From Minisyncoccia bacterium (GTDB lineage: Bacteria > Patescibacteriota > Minisyncoccia > Phycocordibacterales > UBA918), in assembly GCA_041750655.1 (NCBI GenBank), contig JBGSYZ010000011.1, positions 65,794 to 129,793 of the forward strand: a DNA stretch of 64,000 nt. The letters run 5' to 3'. Of the stretch, positions 38,751-48,171 are shown piece after piece. Made by a program: the position numbers and the translations under genes. The stretch's first letter is position 1. Every line of letters starts with the position of its first letter. The notes beneath the pieces are model-generated. The model ran no database searches, had not been told where the DNA came from, and was given only the letters and a program-made list of their open reading frames with translations.

Positions 38751-39602
38751 TTAGCGATAATATACCTCGGTTCGAACGAGTTCCCGAAGTGATGCTATAT
38801 CCCCTTTTAAATCAGTACTACCGAGAACCACATACCCGACTAGCGCGTTTTTGTTCTTAGGAAATTGCTCATTAAACACAGCGACTGCCGTTCGACCAGC
38901 TTCTGGTGTGTAGCCATGTTTACCGCCGGCGTAGCCAGCATTAGTCACGAAGGGATTATTGTTTTGCCAGCCGTGTTTCTGGAATAAGAATTGTTTGAGT
39001 TTGGTAATATCAACAATGTGTGGCTGCTCTTTGTATATTACATTCGTAAGTCGAACCAAATCTAACACTGAACTTTTGTTTTCTGGTGACAACCCGCTCG
39101 CATCTTTAAACGAAGTAGAATTAAGTCCTTTGGCAGCCACAAAACTATTCATACTACTGATAAGTTCTCCGGGCGGAAGCGAACTTTCCAGAGTAGCGGC
39201 GGCGTCGTTGGATGATTCTAAAAGCAAAGGAAATAACAGCTGCTCACGAGACAACACTTCTCCAGGGGTAAGCCCACCAGCTCGGCCTTCGGTTGAGACG
39301 TCTCGCCAGGAAGTGGTAGTCGTGTATGTCATGTCATAGCTCCCGAGTAAGGTGGCAGCTGTAGCGAGTTTGGTGACCGAAGCAATTGGCAGCACCATGT
39401 TTTCATTTTCAGCAAACAATATATCACCAGTTTCAAGAGAAAATACCGCCCAGGCAGTGGCAGTAATTTCGGTCGATTGCTCACCAACAACATGAAGCGA
39501 TGCCTGATTGTAATAGATTGGTAAGTAGCGAGCTGATAACAATACGCCGACCATAGCAATCCCCACACACACAATAGCGCCAATAGTAATTCGACCTAAC
39601 AT
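38751..39602 (-). CDS. D-Ala-D-Ala carboxypeptidase (peptidase S11)
   Basis: ASVTK, SSN, KHG motifs. Confidence 0.85.
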   Translation of the reverse strand: MLGRITIGAIVCVGIAMVGVLLSARYLPIYYNQASLHVVGEQSTEITATAWAVFSLETGDILFAENENMVLPIASVTKLATAATLLGSYDMTYTTTTSWRDVSTEGRAGGLTPGEVLSREQLLFPLLLESSNDAAATLESSLPPGELISSMNSFVAAKGLNSTSFKDASGLSPENKSSVLDLVRLTNVIYKEQPHIVDITKLKQFLFQKHGWQNNNPFVTNAGYAGGKHGYTPEAGRTAVAVFNEQFPKNKNALVGYVVLGSTDLKGDIASLRELVRTEVYYR

Positions 39603-39695
39603 TCTCTAAGCATACCGTGAATCAGAGCTTGGTGGTATGTGGATTGTAAAAGCCGCTGGGGAGCGAAGCTCCCCAGCGACTTTTACTAATTGTCG

Positions 39696-40193
39696 TTAAA
39701 CCTTTTTAGCAGCTTTTTTCGTCGTCTTCTTAGTAGTTTTAGTAGCCGTCTTTTTTGCAGCTTTCTTAGTGGCCTTTTTTGTAGCCTTCTGAGCTGGTTT
39801 CTTGGCAGCTTTTTTAACAGCCTTTGCTACTGCTCCAGCGGCCATTTTCTTACCTTTCTTTTCAATCTCTCCCCAGTATTCTTTCATTTCTTTTTTGAAA
39901 GCAGACACATCACCTTTGGAGGCATCCTTCATAGAGGCGTACGTTGCAGCTACCCCTTCTATAAGTTGTTCATACTCAGCCTTACTCATGTGTTGTGCTT
40001 TTTCCATAGTGCTGAGTACCTCGGCTTTAGCACTAAGCATCCAGCTTTTAACTTTCTTACGATTCTTAGCGGCATCCTTACTTCCATAAAGAAAGTACGT
40101 TCCAGCAGCGGCCACTGCGGCGGCAGTAAGACCAACGGCGATTTCTACCTTCTGAGTTGGTGATAATGTTTGCTTTGTTTTTTTTGTTGCCAT
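39696..40193 (-). CDS. YtxH-like membrane protein with histone-H1-like K/A/T tail
   Basis: AAAAVAAAGTYFLYG; KKAAKK/KKATKK repeats. Confidence 0.75.
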   Translation of the reverse strand: MATKKTKQTLSPTQKVEIAVGLTAAAVAAAGTYFLYGSKDAAKNRKKVKSWMLSAKAEVLSTMEKAQHMSKAEYEQLIEGVAATYASMKDASKGDVSAFKKEMKEYWGEIEKKGKKMAAGAVAKAVKKAAKKPAQKATKKATKKAAKKTATKTTKKTTKKAAKKV

Positions 40194-40200
40194 ACAGTAA

Positions 40201-40518
40201 TTATGATTCATCTATTATTGATAGTTTTGTACCTTTCTTTTTGTGTTTAGGAGCCTCCTCTCGATCATCGCGGATAGCAGCTTTAAAACCCAAAAGAGTA
40301 CTCATCATGTTGCTAGTGTTTTTAACCACACTGCGGGCGTGTTGGAGATCTTCCACTAACACCTCGCTGCCTGATTCGACTCGCTCGATTATTCGCCTTA
40401 CGCTGCGCACGGCTTTAATGACGTGAAAAAAAATAATCGACAAAAAGATTGTCAGTATTATAACTCCTGACGCGGTAATAAAAAAGAAAATATTCGTAAG
40501 TAATACCTCACCCATCAC
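40201..40518 (-). CDS. Small membrane protein (DUF948-like)
   Basis: TM followed by coiled coil. Confidence 0.65.
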   Translation of the reverse strand: MMGEVLLTNIFFFITASGVIILTIFLSIIFFHVIKAVRSVRRIIERVESGSEVLVEDLQHARSVVKNTSNMMSTLLGFKAAIRDDREEAPKHKKKGTKLSIIDES

Positions 40519-40573
40519 TCACTAGTGTACCAGGAGTAAAATTTTTATGAGGTGTGTAATACACAGTTAAAAA

Positions 40574-41635
40574 TCATCGTCTCGCTAAAAAATTATTAAT
40601 AATAGTTTCTACTTCATCAGGTGTGTTACAACTCATCAATTGACCGCGAAGTTCGGCTGCTCCGGGGAACCCATTAACATACGCTTTGTAATGCTTTTTC
40701 ATGACCGCAAAGTTTTTAAACGGAAGAAGTTCGACGAACAACTTTGAGTGTTCTACCAATACTTGTAGCCTTTCTTTTAAAGTTATGTATTCAATACCCG
40801 CTTCAGAAGTATCTTCAGTAATTAATGTTTCGCGATTCACTCCGTGGGTTGGTAAGGCAGTTAGACGAATTGGTAGTCGTTTGGTTGGATGAAAAAACCA
40901 CGGGTTGCCAAACAGGGCGCGCCCGACCATAACACCATCCGCGCGAAAAAGCTCCGCTTTTTCGCGCGCATCTTCCATCGACAGCACATCACCATTACCG
41001 AGTATCAATGTTTCACTCCCCAGCTCATCTCGTATCTCCACCGCCCGCTTCACTCTCTCCCAGTCGGCCGGTACTTTGCTCATCTCTTTTCGAGTACGGG
41101 CGTGAATAGTGACCGCCGCTGGCGCTTCAGAAAGAAGCGATGGTAACCACTCCTCAAGTTCATCGTGATTGTAGCCCAGACGAGTCTTCACACTTACCGG
41201 CACATCACCTGCTCCCCGCTTGGCCGCTTGGATAATTTTCTTAGCCACCTCGGGAGTTTTAATCATCGCCGAGCCACACCCTTGTTTCTCAATCGTCCTG
41301 TCTGGACAACCCATATTGATGTCTATACCATCAAAGCCTAATTCAGCACACAAACGAGCAGCTGCTTCCATATGCTCTTCGTTGCTGGTAAAAAGCTGCG
41401 CCACAATTGGTCGCTCTTCCTCGGAATACTTCAAATCAGCCATTAGTTTTTCCTTTCCTTCAGGGGTGGCTCGCATCAGCCCGTCGGCCGCCACAAACTC
41501 TGTCCACATGACTGTTGATTGTTGCTCTGGCCAATTTGAGTATTTGGCAATCATCCGCCGGAAGGGGGCGTCAGTGACATCCGCCATTGGCGCCACTGCT
41601 ATGATTGGTTTTGTAAGTTGTTGCCAAAAATTCAT
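40574..41635 (-). CDS. dus: tRNA-dihydrouridine synthase
   Basis: APMADVTD, DINMGCP, SVKTRLG, HARTR, NGD. Confidence 0.95.
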   Translation of the reverse strand: MNFWQQLTKPIIAVAPMADVTDAPFRRMIAKYSNWPEQQSTVMWTEFVAADGLMRATPEGKEKLMADLKYSEEERPIVAQLFTSNEEHMEAAARLCAELGFDGIDINMGCPDRTIEKQGCGSAMIKTPEVAKKIIQAAKRGAGDVPVSVKTRLGYNHDELEEWLPSLLSEAPAAVTIHARTRKEMSKVPADWERVKRAVEIRDELGSETLILGNGDVLSMEDAREKAELFRADGVMVGRALFGNPWFFHPTKRLPIRLTALPTHGVNRETLITEDTSEAGIEYITLKERLQVLVEHSKLFVELLPFKNFAVMKKHYKAYVNGFPGAAELRGQLMSCNTPDEVETIINNFLARR

Positions 41636-41682
41636 TGCGGTAGTACTTTAACCAAAGTAACTCAAAATTGAAAGGGAAAACA

Positions 41683-41832
41683 ATGTCTGAAGGATTTGCC
41701 CACTCGCTCGGGATTGGCTCCGACGCGTTCATGACTAGAGAAGAGTTCGTGGATTTGACTTCAAATTTGTTCAATCTACTCACGTTCTTCCTCGGTTTTG
41801 TTGCGTTGTTCTCACCCTGTCTGTTTGGGTGA
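41683..41832 (+). CDS. Orphan 49-aa membrane peptide (not in ORF track)
   Basis: MSEGFAHSLGIGSDAFMTREEFVDLTSNLFNLLTFFLGFVALFSPCLFG; AAAGGGA SD; terminator 41847-41880. Confidence 0.5.
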   Translation: MSEGFAHSLGIGSDAFMTREEFVDLTSNLFNLLTFFLGFVALFSPCLFG

Positions 41833-41886
41833 GAAATGAACACTTTAAAGCCGCCCGGTTTTGCTGGGCGGCTTTTACTTTTAGGC

Positions 41887-42735
41887 TTATTCAATCACCT
41901 CCCCATCAGTTGAAGTGGATGCTTCCGTTTCGTTGAGCTCCTCGTTTACAAACACCTTATTACCAAACCGCAAATCAATATATTGAAAATTACCTGGACG
42001 CAAATGAGAAAAATTTTCCGAGCCAAGAATAGTATTGAGATTATCAAGTGTTACTTCGGTTGATTCTTCACTGTTAGTCAGGAGTTGACCACCACCAACC
42101 AAGTCATACGTCACATCTTTATTTTGCTCATACAAAACCCGTTCCACCGTAAAGCCAAACTCTTTTTTTAATTCCTCACTAAAAGTCAAAGTCTTGTGTA
42201 GCTGATTTCGAGACAACATGTTTTGCCGGAGTAACAGTGGTGTATCTTCAACCACAAAACGTAGTAATGAACCACCAGAAAGTTGTGGTGCATCGGTAAA
42301 AGCATACCCTTCTTCATCTACCAACAAACAATGCTCACTGCTTTCATCACACCACAACGCATAGGGTTTATATTCATCAAACGTAACCAGCAATTTGTTT
42401 TTACTTTCCCTACTGATACTTACATCTTTTATCCGTGGGATACTTTCAACCGAAGATTGAATTGCTGCCGTTGGATATAAATACGTAAACGTTTTAGGAA
42501 TAAAAGCCAAGTATGAACCTTGTAGCTCTATCTCTACCGCTTCACGTACAATAGTGTGCTTGATAGTGTCTCCCCCACTAATTTCTATTTCGGAAATGGT
42601 CAAAGATGGTATCCGAGTCACGTGCCAGATCCCCCAGCCCAGTCCTGCAAAGAGCGCTAGAATCAAAATTCCTTTCAGTATTTGAATAATATAGTTTGAA
42701 CGAGCCGTTCTTTTTCTAGCACGTGCCATTGTCAC
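41887..42735 (-). CDS. FtsQ/DivIB-like POTRA protein
   Basis: TM, POTRA, YIDLRFGNKVF. Confidence 0.8.
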   Translation of the reverse strand: MTMARARKRTARSNYIIQILKGILILALFAGLGWGIWHVTRIPSLTISEIEISGGDTIKHTIVREAVEIELQGSYLAFIPKTFTYLYPTAAIQSSVESIPRIKDVSISRESKNKLLVTFDEYKPYALWCDESSEHCLLVDEEGYAFTDAPQLSGGSLLRFVVEDTPLLLRQNMLSRNQLHKTLTFSEELKKEFGFTVERVLYEQNKDVTYDLVGGGQLLTNSEESTEVTLDNLNTILGSENFSHLRPGNFQYIDLRFGNKVFVNEELNETEASTSTDGEVIE

Positions 42736-42756
42736 TAATCATAGCAAACGAGTGCT

Positions 42757-44031
42757 CTATGCTCCCGCCTTTTTAATGACATCTTTACCTAGATATTTTT
42801 GAAGTGGTTCTGGCACTCGCACAGAACCGTCAGCTTGTTGGAAGTTTTCTACCAATGAAACCAAAATTCGTGGTGTCGGAATAGCGGTACAGTTTAGAGA
42901 GTGAGCGTACCGCATCTTTCCCTCCTCATCTTTGTATCGAATATTGAAGCGGCGGGTTTGAAAATCATGGAAGTATGAAGCTGAGCTAATCTCACGGTAC
43001 TTTTGTTCGCCTGGCACCCATAACTCAACGTCATATTTTTTGACCTGACCTTGACCAATATCTCCACCACAATTGAGTACAGTGTGATATGGGATATTTA
43101 GTGACTCGATAAACTCCTCGGTATTACGATTAATTTCTTCATGATACTTCACACTTTCTTCATGACTCGCTTCACACAACACTACTTGTTCAAGTTTGTA
43201 AAATTCATGCACCCGAATGAGACCTTTGACGTCTTTACCATGACTCCCCGCCTCACGACGATAACACGGAGAGAAGCCTAGAAACTTAATGGGAAACTCT
43301 TTTTTATCAAGGACCTCGTTAGCATAATAACCCATAACCGAGACTTCACTCGTACCAATCAAATAATCCTCGTCTTGGGTATTGTAGACATCTTCAGCAT
43401 CGTTTGGTAGGTGCCCGGTGCCATAAAGATTTTCTTTACGAACAATCGTTGGTGGCAAAATTGGCGTAAATCCTTTTTTAAGGAAAAAGTCCTGCGCGTA
43501 GTTCCAAATCGCCCATGACAGTAGCGCCCCATCGCCAAGCAGATAGTAGCCACGGAAACCGTGCACTTTAGTACCACGTTCAAAATCAACCATTCCTAAA
43601 TTGGTCATAATTTCCACATGGTCTTTGGGTTTAAAATCAAATTTGGTTTGTTCACCCCACACCTTATGCTCGACATTATCAGCATCACTGTCTCCATCAG
43701 GCACAGTCATATCTGGCACTTGTGGAACTTGGAGCATAATAGCTTTCCATTCTTCTAAAATTGGTTTAAGCGCATCTTCTTCTTTTTGGATTTCCTCCTT
43801 CAGTATTTGCATCTCTTTGATAAGTTGCCCGCGAACTGTTTCGTCCTGAGTTCCAGCGATATCGGCTGACACTTTATTTTGTTCCGCTTTCTTCACTTCC
43901 ATCGCTGACATTACTTCCCGACGCTTGTCGTCGATTGATATAAGTTTGTCCAAATCGATAGTAATGTGTTTTTTGGTGGCAGCCATCTTGACGATGTCTA
44001 GATTCTCTCTAATGAATTTAATGTCTAACAT
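42757..44031 (-). CDS. serS: Serine--tRNA ligase
   Basis: MLDIKFIREN, GTSE, YRREAG, EISSAS. Confidence 0.98.
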   Translation of the reverse strand: MLDIKFIRENLDIVKMAATKKHITIDLDKLISIDDKRREVMSAMEVKKAEQNKVSADIAGTQDETVRGQLIKEMQILKEEIQKEEDALKPILEEWKAIMLQVPQVPDMTVPDGDSDADNVEHKVWGEQTKFDFKPKDHVEIMTNLGMVDFERGTKVHGFRGYYLLGDGALLSWAIWNYAQDFFLKKGFTPILPPTIVRKENLYGTGHLPNDAEDVYNTQDEDYLIGTSEVSVMGYYANEVLDKKEFPIKFLGFSPCYRREAGSHGKDVKGLIRVHEFYKLEQVVLCEASHEESVKYHEEINRNTEEFIESLNIPYHTVLNCGGDIGQGQVKKYDVELWVPGEQKYREISSASYFHDFQTRRFNIRYKDEEGKMRYAHSLNCTAIPTPRILVSLVENFQQADGSVRVPEPLQKYLGKDVIKKAGA

Positions 44032-44073
44032 GGTGAAAATATTATGTTCAAAATTATAACCTACTTATCTGAT

Positions 44074-44115
44074 GAAGAAAGCCGAATCCCGCTGGGGCGG
44101 GATTCGGCTTTCTTC
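44074..44115 (-). terminator. Attenuator-type terminator upstream of serS
   Basis: GAAGAAAGCCGAATCCCGC-CCCA-GCGGGATTCGGCTTTCTTC (minus strand). Confidence 0.8.
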
Positions 44116-44135
44116 GAGTGTCCACTCATCGATAA

Positions 44136-44189
44136 CTACCCCGCCGTATGCGATCTAGAGGATAGCGATGTTGAGGATACGAATAACAT
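44136..44189 (-). promoter_or_regulatory. Putative Ser-rich leader peptide of serS
   Basis: MLFVSSTSLSSRSHTAG*, 6 Ser codons; TATATT -10 a few nt before ATG. Confidence 0.7.
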
Positions 44190-44288
44190 ATAAACAATAT
44201 ACACCGTTAATTAAAAAAGAAAAGTGCTGATATTTGACACATTATCATCTTGCCGTATCCTACGATTTAGATAGAAAAGGAGTGTGGT

Positions 44289-44789
44289 ATGGAAATATGT
44301 CATATCCCAATGGACTTACCCCAACACCTCCAAGACTATGCTCGAGGTGACACAGACAAATACCCAAATACCAGTGGGTTGAAAAGAAAAGATGTCCAGA
44401 AAATGGAAAGGTTCCGTAAAAACTATATCCGCAATCTTTTGATTAAAAACCCCAGAAAGGCACATAATTTGCCAGACTTTAATCGGCTTATGAGCGACGA
44501 AATCTGGAGTTATGCAAAACGTGAACTTCGGCCGATACTTTTCAAAAAATGGGACGAGGTCGTCGGTCAAATTCAGCCCCTATGGGATGAGTTTTACCGA
44601 GAAAACGCAAGATTGAATCGGGAGTATAAAGATGCTATTGACGAAGGTCGTCATTATACAAAGCATCGCTACCTTTCGATAACAGCCAAGCGTAGTGCGT
44701 TTGCTTCAGCGATTCGAAACCCGGTTACATTAGCTCATATTGAACTAATTTGTCTTGGCGAAACCCGCTACGGCATACCAGATCTTTAA
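44289..44789 (+). CDS. Orphan hypothetical protein
   Basis: TTGACA 44234, AAGGAG SD, terminator 44788-44820. Confidence 0.7.
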   Translation: MEICHIPMDLPQHLQDYARGDTDKYPNTSGLKRKDVQKMERFRKNYIRNLLIKNPRKAHNLPDFNRLMSDEIWSYAKRELRPILFKKWDEVVGQIQPLWDEFYRENARLNREYKDAIDEGRHYTKHRYLSITAKRSAFASAIRNPVTLAHIELICLGETRYGIPDL

Positions 44790-44843
44790 GGGTCGGACGA
44801 TTTCATCGTCCGACCCTTTTGTATACATGATAAAATTTTTATA

Positions 44844-45710
44844 ATGAATTTTCCTATTCAAGAACTTCCAGTTGCAGAATTTCCTCCGCTATTGCGAGAA
44901 ATTCCGCAACCACCGAAAACGCTTCGCTATCGTGGTGCTCTCCCACCGCCAGATATAACGCTGCTCTCAGTCGTTGGTTCACGCCACTTTACTAACTACG
45001 GCAAGCAAGTGGTAGCTGAGTTAATAGCCGGACTCAAGGGATACAATGTTGGTATCGTTTCCGGTTTAGCTTTAGGTATGGACTCACTCGCACATGAAGC
45101 TGCCCTTGATAATAATTTATACACACTAGCTATTCCCGGTGGTGGTCTGGGAGATGAAGTTATGTATCCTCGTCGCCACCTGCGACTCGCCCAACGCATT
45201 ATGGAAGCTGGCGGGGGTCTGCTCTCAGAATATACTGACGATTTCAAGGCAACCAACTGGTCTTTTCCGCAACGTAATCGTTTGGTAGCCGGGATTTCTG
45301 TGGCGACGCTTCTCATTGAAGCAGCCGAAAAATCTGGCACGCTTATTACTGCGCGGATGGCGGCCGATTATAATCGTGAGCTCTTGGTCGTACCAGGTAG
45401 TATTTTCTCGGCGAACTCACGCGGCACACATCAATTCTTGAAACTCGGCGCAACGCCGATAACATGCAGCGAGGATATTTTAGAAGCTTTACATATTGAT
45501 ACAAGAGCAGCGCTGGCTCCGCCTGCGCTGCCGCAAAATTTATCCCTTGAAGAAACCCTCATCCTATCCTTACTTCATGAACCGCTCGAGCGCGATACCC
45601 TAATAAGGAAGTCCAATCTTCCCGCCCAAGAAGCCAACGTCCTTCTTATGAAAATGGAGATGTCAGACCTGATTGTCAGCGACCAAAATGTTTATAGAAA
45701 AAAGTTATAA
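44844..45710 (+). CDS. dprA: DNA-processing protein DprA
   Basis: VVGSR, IVSGLALGMD, FPQRNR, EAAEKSGTLITA. Confidence 0.97.
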   Translation: MNFPIQELPVAEFPPLLREIPQPPKTLRYRGALPPPDITLLSVVGSRHFTNYGKQVVAELIAGLKGYNVGIVSGLALGMDSLAHEAALDNNLYTLAIPGGGLGDEVMYPRRHLRLAQRIMEAGGGLLSEYTDDFKATNWSFPQRNRLVAGISVATLLIEAAEKSGTLITARMAADYNRELLVVPGSIFSANSRGTHQFLKLGATPITCSEDILEALHIDTRAALAPPALPQNLSLEETLILSLLHEPLERDTLIRKSNLPAQEANVLLMKMEMSDLIVSDQNVYRKKL

Positions 45711-45749
45711 GTTGACACATGAATACATTAATAGTATTCATATCGGAAT

Positions 45750-48095
45750 ATGTCTACCTTAGTAGTAGTGGAATCACCGGCCAAGGCCAAGACGATTGAG
45801 AAGTATCTCGGTAAGGGGTATATAGTAAAATCGTCAGTTGGTCACGTACGTGATATCCCAAAGAGTAATAAAGACGCTGTCGATATCGACGGCGGTTTTG
45901 TGCCGCGCTACATTATCTCGCCCGGCAAAGAGAAAGTGATTAAAGACCTACAAACTGCTGCTAAGAAAGCTGACGAAGTGCTACTCGCCTCCGACCCCGA
46001 CCGTGAAGGTGAAGCGATTGCCTGGCACGTAGCGGAGCTCATCAAAAAAGACAATAAAAACATTAAACGAATTGTCTTCAATGAAATTACTGAACCAGCT
46101 GTCAAGGAAGCCATTCTCCACCCCCGGGAAATCGACCTTCATCTTAAAGAAGCCCAAGAAGCCAGGCGCGTACTCGATCGTCTCGTTGGTTACGACCTCT
46201 CGGGACTCATCTGGAAAAAAGTTCGCTACGGTCTCTCGGCCGGTCGCGTCCAGTCTCCAGCCCTACGTATCATCATGGAGCGCGAACGAGAAATTCGCGC
46301 GTTCATTCCGGAAGATTTTTTTGTACTCACTGCTCACCTCAAAGCTGATGGTGTGGTAGTGCCGTTTACCTGCACCCAAGAACCGCGCGAAGAAAAGGAG
46401 GCTACTCGGATTAAAAAAGTAGGCGAAGCTCATACTTGGGAGATTCGTGAAATTAAAGAAAGCGAAGCGAAACGAAGTCCAAAACCACCGTTTACTACAT
46501 CGACCTTACAACAAGCCGCGTCGACTCGCTTGGGCTTTTCGCCATCTCGCACTATGGGCGCTGCACAAAAATTATATGAAGCGGGACATATTACTTATAT
46601 GCGAACTGACAGCAGTACCATCAGCACGATTGCGCAAAAACAAATTATCGCCATGGTCACCAAAGATTACGGTACGGAGTACGTGTCTCCCCGTCAATAC
46701 AAAACCAAAAGCAAGAGCGCGCAAGAAGCTCACGAAGCGGTGCGGCCAACCAACGCTGCTAAGCACACTGCTGGCGCCACTGGTGACCAAAAAGCTTTAT
46801 ATGAATTAATTTGGGCTCGTACTGTAGCTTCGCAAATGTCAGACGCGGCTATGAAGCGCACTAAGCTATTGGCAAATGTCAAAAACAGCTCGGAAACTAT
46901 TCCGGATTTTTCTGTCAATGGTTCCCGCGTGATTTTTGATGGCTGGCTCAAGGCCGATCCAGCTGCCCGAGGTGAAGACACCGAAGTGCCAAAACTCAAA
47001 GCTGGTGATACACCAGACCTGTCCAAAATGGAAATTGAAGCGAAACAAACCCAACCTCCCAATCGCTACACTGAAGCAGGTCTAATTAAAGAACTCGAAA
47101 AACGGGGCATTGGTCGTCCATCTACGTATGCCAGTATCATGAAGACTATCAATGATCGTGGGTATGTAGAAAAAGTTGGTCGCACGCTTAACCCAACTGA
47201 CACCGGGGATGTTGTCTCTTCTTTTCTTGAGAAGCACTTTACCGAGTACATCAGCGATACCTTCACTAGTGAAATGGAAAATGAGCTTGATGAGATTGCT
47301 GAAGGAACGCGTGAGTATGTAAAAACCTTGACTGATTTTTACAAACCGTTCCAAAAAGCTGTTGCCGCTAAAGAAGATATCGAAAAGCTCACCAATCTTG
47401 GTGATGGACCCAAAGAATTTCCGTGTCCAAAATGTGGAAAACCAATGGTTATTAAATTAGGTCGTGGTGGACGCTTCCTATCGTGCGCTACGTTCCCAGA
47501 GTGTGATGGCGCACGACAGATAGATGGCGCTGAACTAAAAGATGACGAACCAATTGGTGTACACCCGGAAACCGGTGAGGGAATTTATGTACTCACCGGA
47601 CGTTTTGGGCCGTATGTTCAACTCGGTCCAACACCCGAAAAAGGTAGTAAAGGAGAAAAACCACGACGGGCCAGTATTCCGAAAGAAAAGAAACCAGAAG
47701 AAGTGACTTTGGATGAGGCCGTGAAGTATCTCCTCTTACCGCGTCAGCTAGGTGAACACCCAGAGACTGGAGAACCAGTGATTGCCAATACCGGACAATA
47801 TGGCCCATACATCGGACACGCTGGCGATTTTCGTTCACTTAAAGGCGAAGACAACCCGTACGACATCACCTTTGACCGAGCTATGGAAATATTAGCTGAA
47901 CCCAAACAAATGCGAAAGGGTGAAAAACTAGTTCGACAAATTGGTATCCACCCGAAAACCCGAAAACTAATTAATGTATTTGAATCAAAATCTGGAAGGT
48001 ACATGCGTAAAGGTTTTAAACGAATTAATATTCCTGACAGCGTAAAAGTGGAAGACATGACTATCGAAGATGCAGTTGAATTATTAAAACAATGA
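45750..48095 (+). CDS. topA: DNA topoisomerase I
   Basis: VVESPAKAKTI, DPDREGE, GRVQS, ITYMRTDS, Zn ribbon, Toprim_C repeats. Confidence 0.98.
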   Translation: MSTLVVVESPAKAKTIEKYLGKGYIVKSSVGHVRDIPKSNKDAVDIDGGFVPRYIISPGKEKVIKDLQTAAKKADEVLLASDPDREGEAIAWHVAELIKKDNKNIKRIVFNEITEPAVKEAILHPREIDLHLKEAQEARRVLDRLVGYDLSGLIWKKVRYGLSAGRVQSPALRIIMEREREIRAFIPEDFFVLTAHLKADGVVVPFTCTQEPREEKEATRIKKVGEAHTWEIREIKESEAKRSPKPPFTTSTLQQAASTRLGFSPSRTMGAAQKLYEAGHITYMRTDSSTISTIAQKQIIAMVTKDYGTEYVSPRQYKTKSKSAQEAHEAVRPTNAAKHTAGATGDQKALYELIWARTVASQMSDAAMKRTKLLANVKNSSETIPDFSVNGSRVIFDGWLKADPAARGEDTEVPKLKAGDTPDLSKMEIEAKQTQPPNRYTEAGLIKELEKRGIGRPSTYASIMKTINDRGYVEKVGRTLNPTDTGDVVSSFLEKHFTEYISDTFTSEMENELDEIAEGTREYVKTLTDFYKPFQKAVAAKEDIEKLTNLGDGPKEFPCPKCGKPMVIKLGRGGRFLSCATFPECDGARQIDGAELKDDEPIGVHPETGEGIYVLTGRFGPYVQLGPTPEKGSKGEKPRRASIPKEKKPEEVTLDEAVKYLLLPRQLGEHPETGEPVIANTGQYGPYIGHAGDFRSLKGEDNPYDITFDRAMEILAEPKQMRKGEKLVRQIGIHPKTRKLINVFESKSGRYMRKGFKRINIPDSVKVEDMTIEDAVELLKQ

Positions 48096-48171
48096 GAAAG
48101 AGCGGCGTCCGCAAGGACGCCGCTCTTTCTTAACAAAACTTGCCAACTTACGTACACCTCTCTACAATAGT

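Noticed and set aside
38751-39602. KHG instead of KTG in the S11 peptidase as a novelty
   Set aside because: SxxK and SxN are intact; this is a minor motif variant.
44040-44230. T-box riboswitch for serS
   Set aside because: No T-box consensus and too little space for stem I; the leader peptide fits better.
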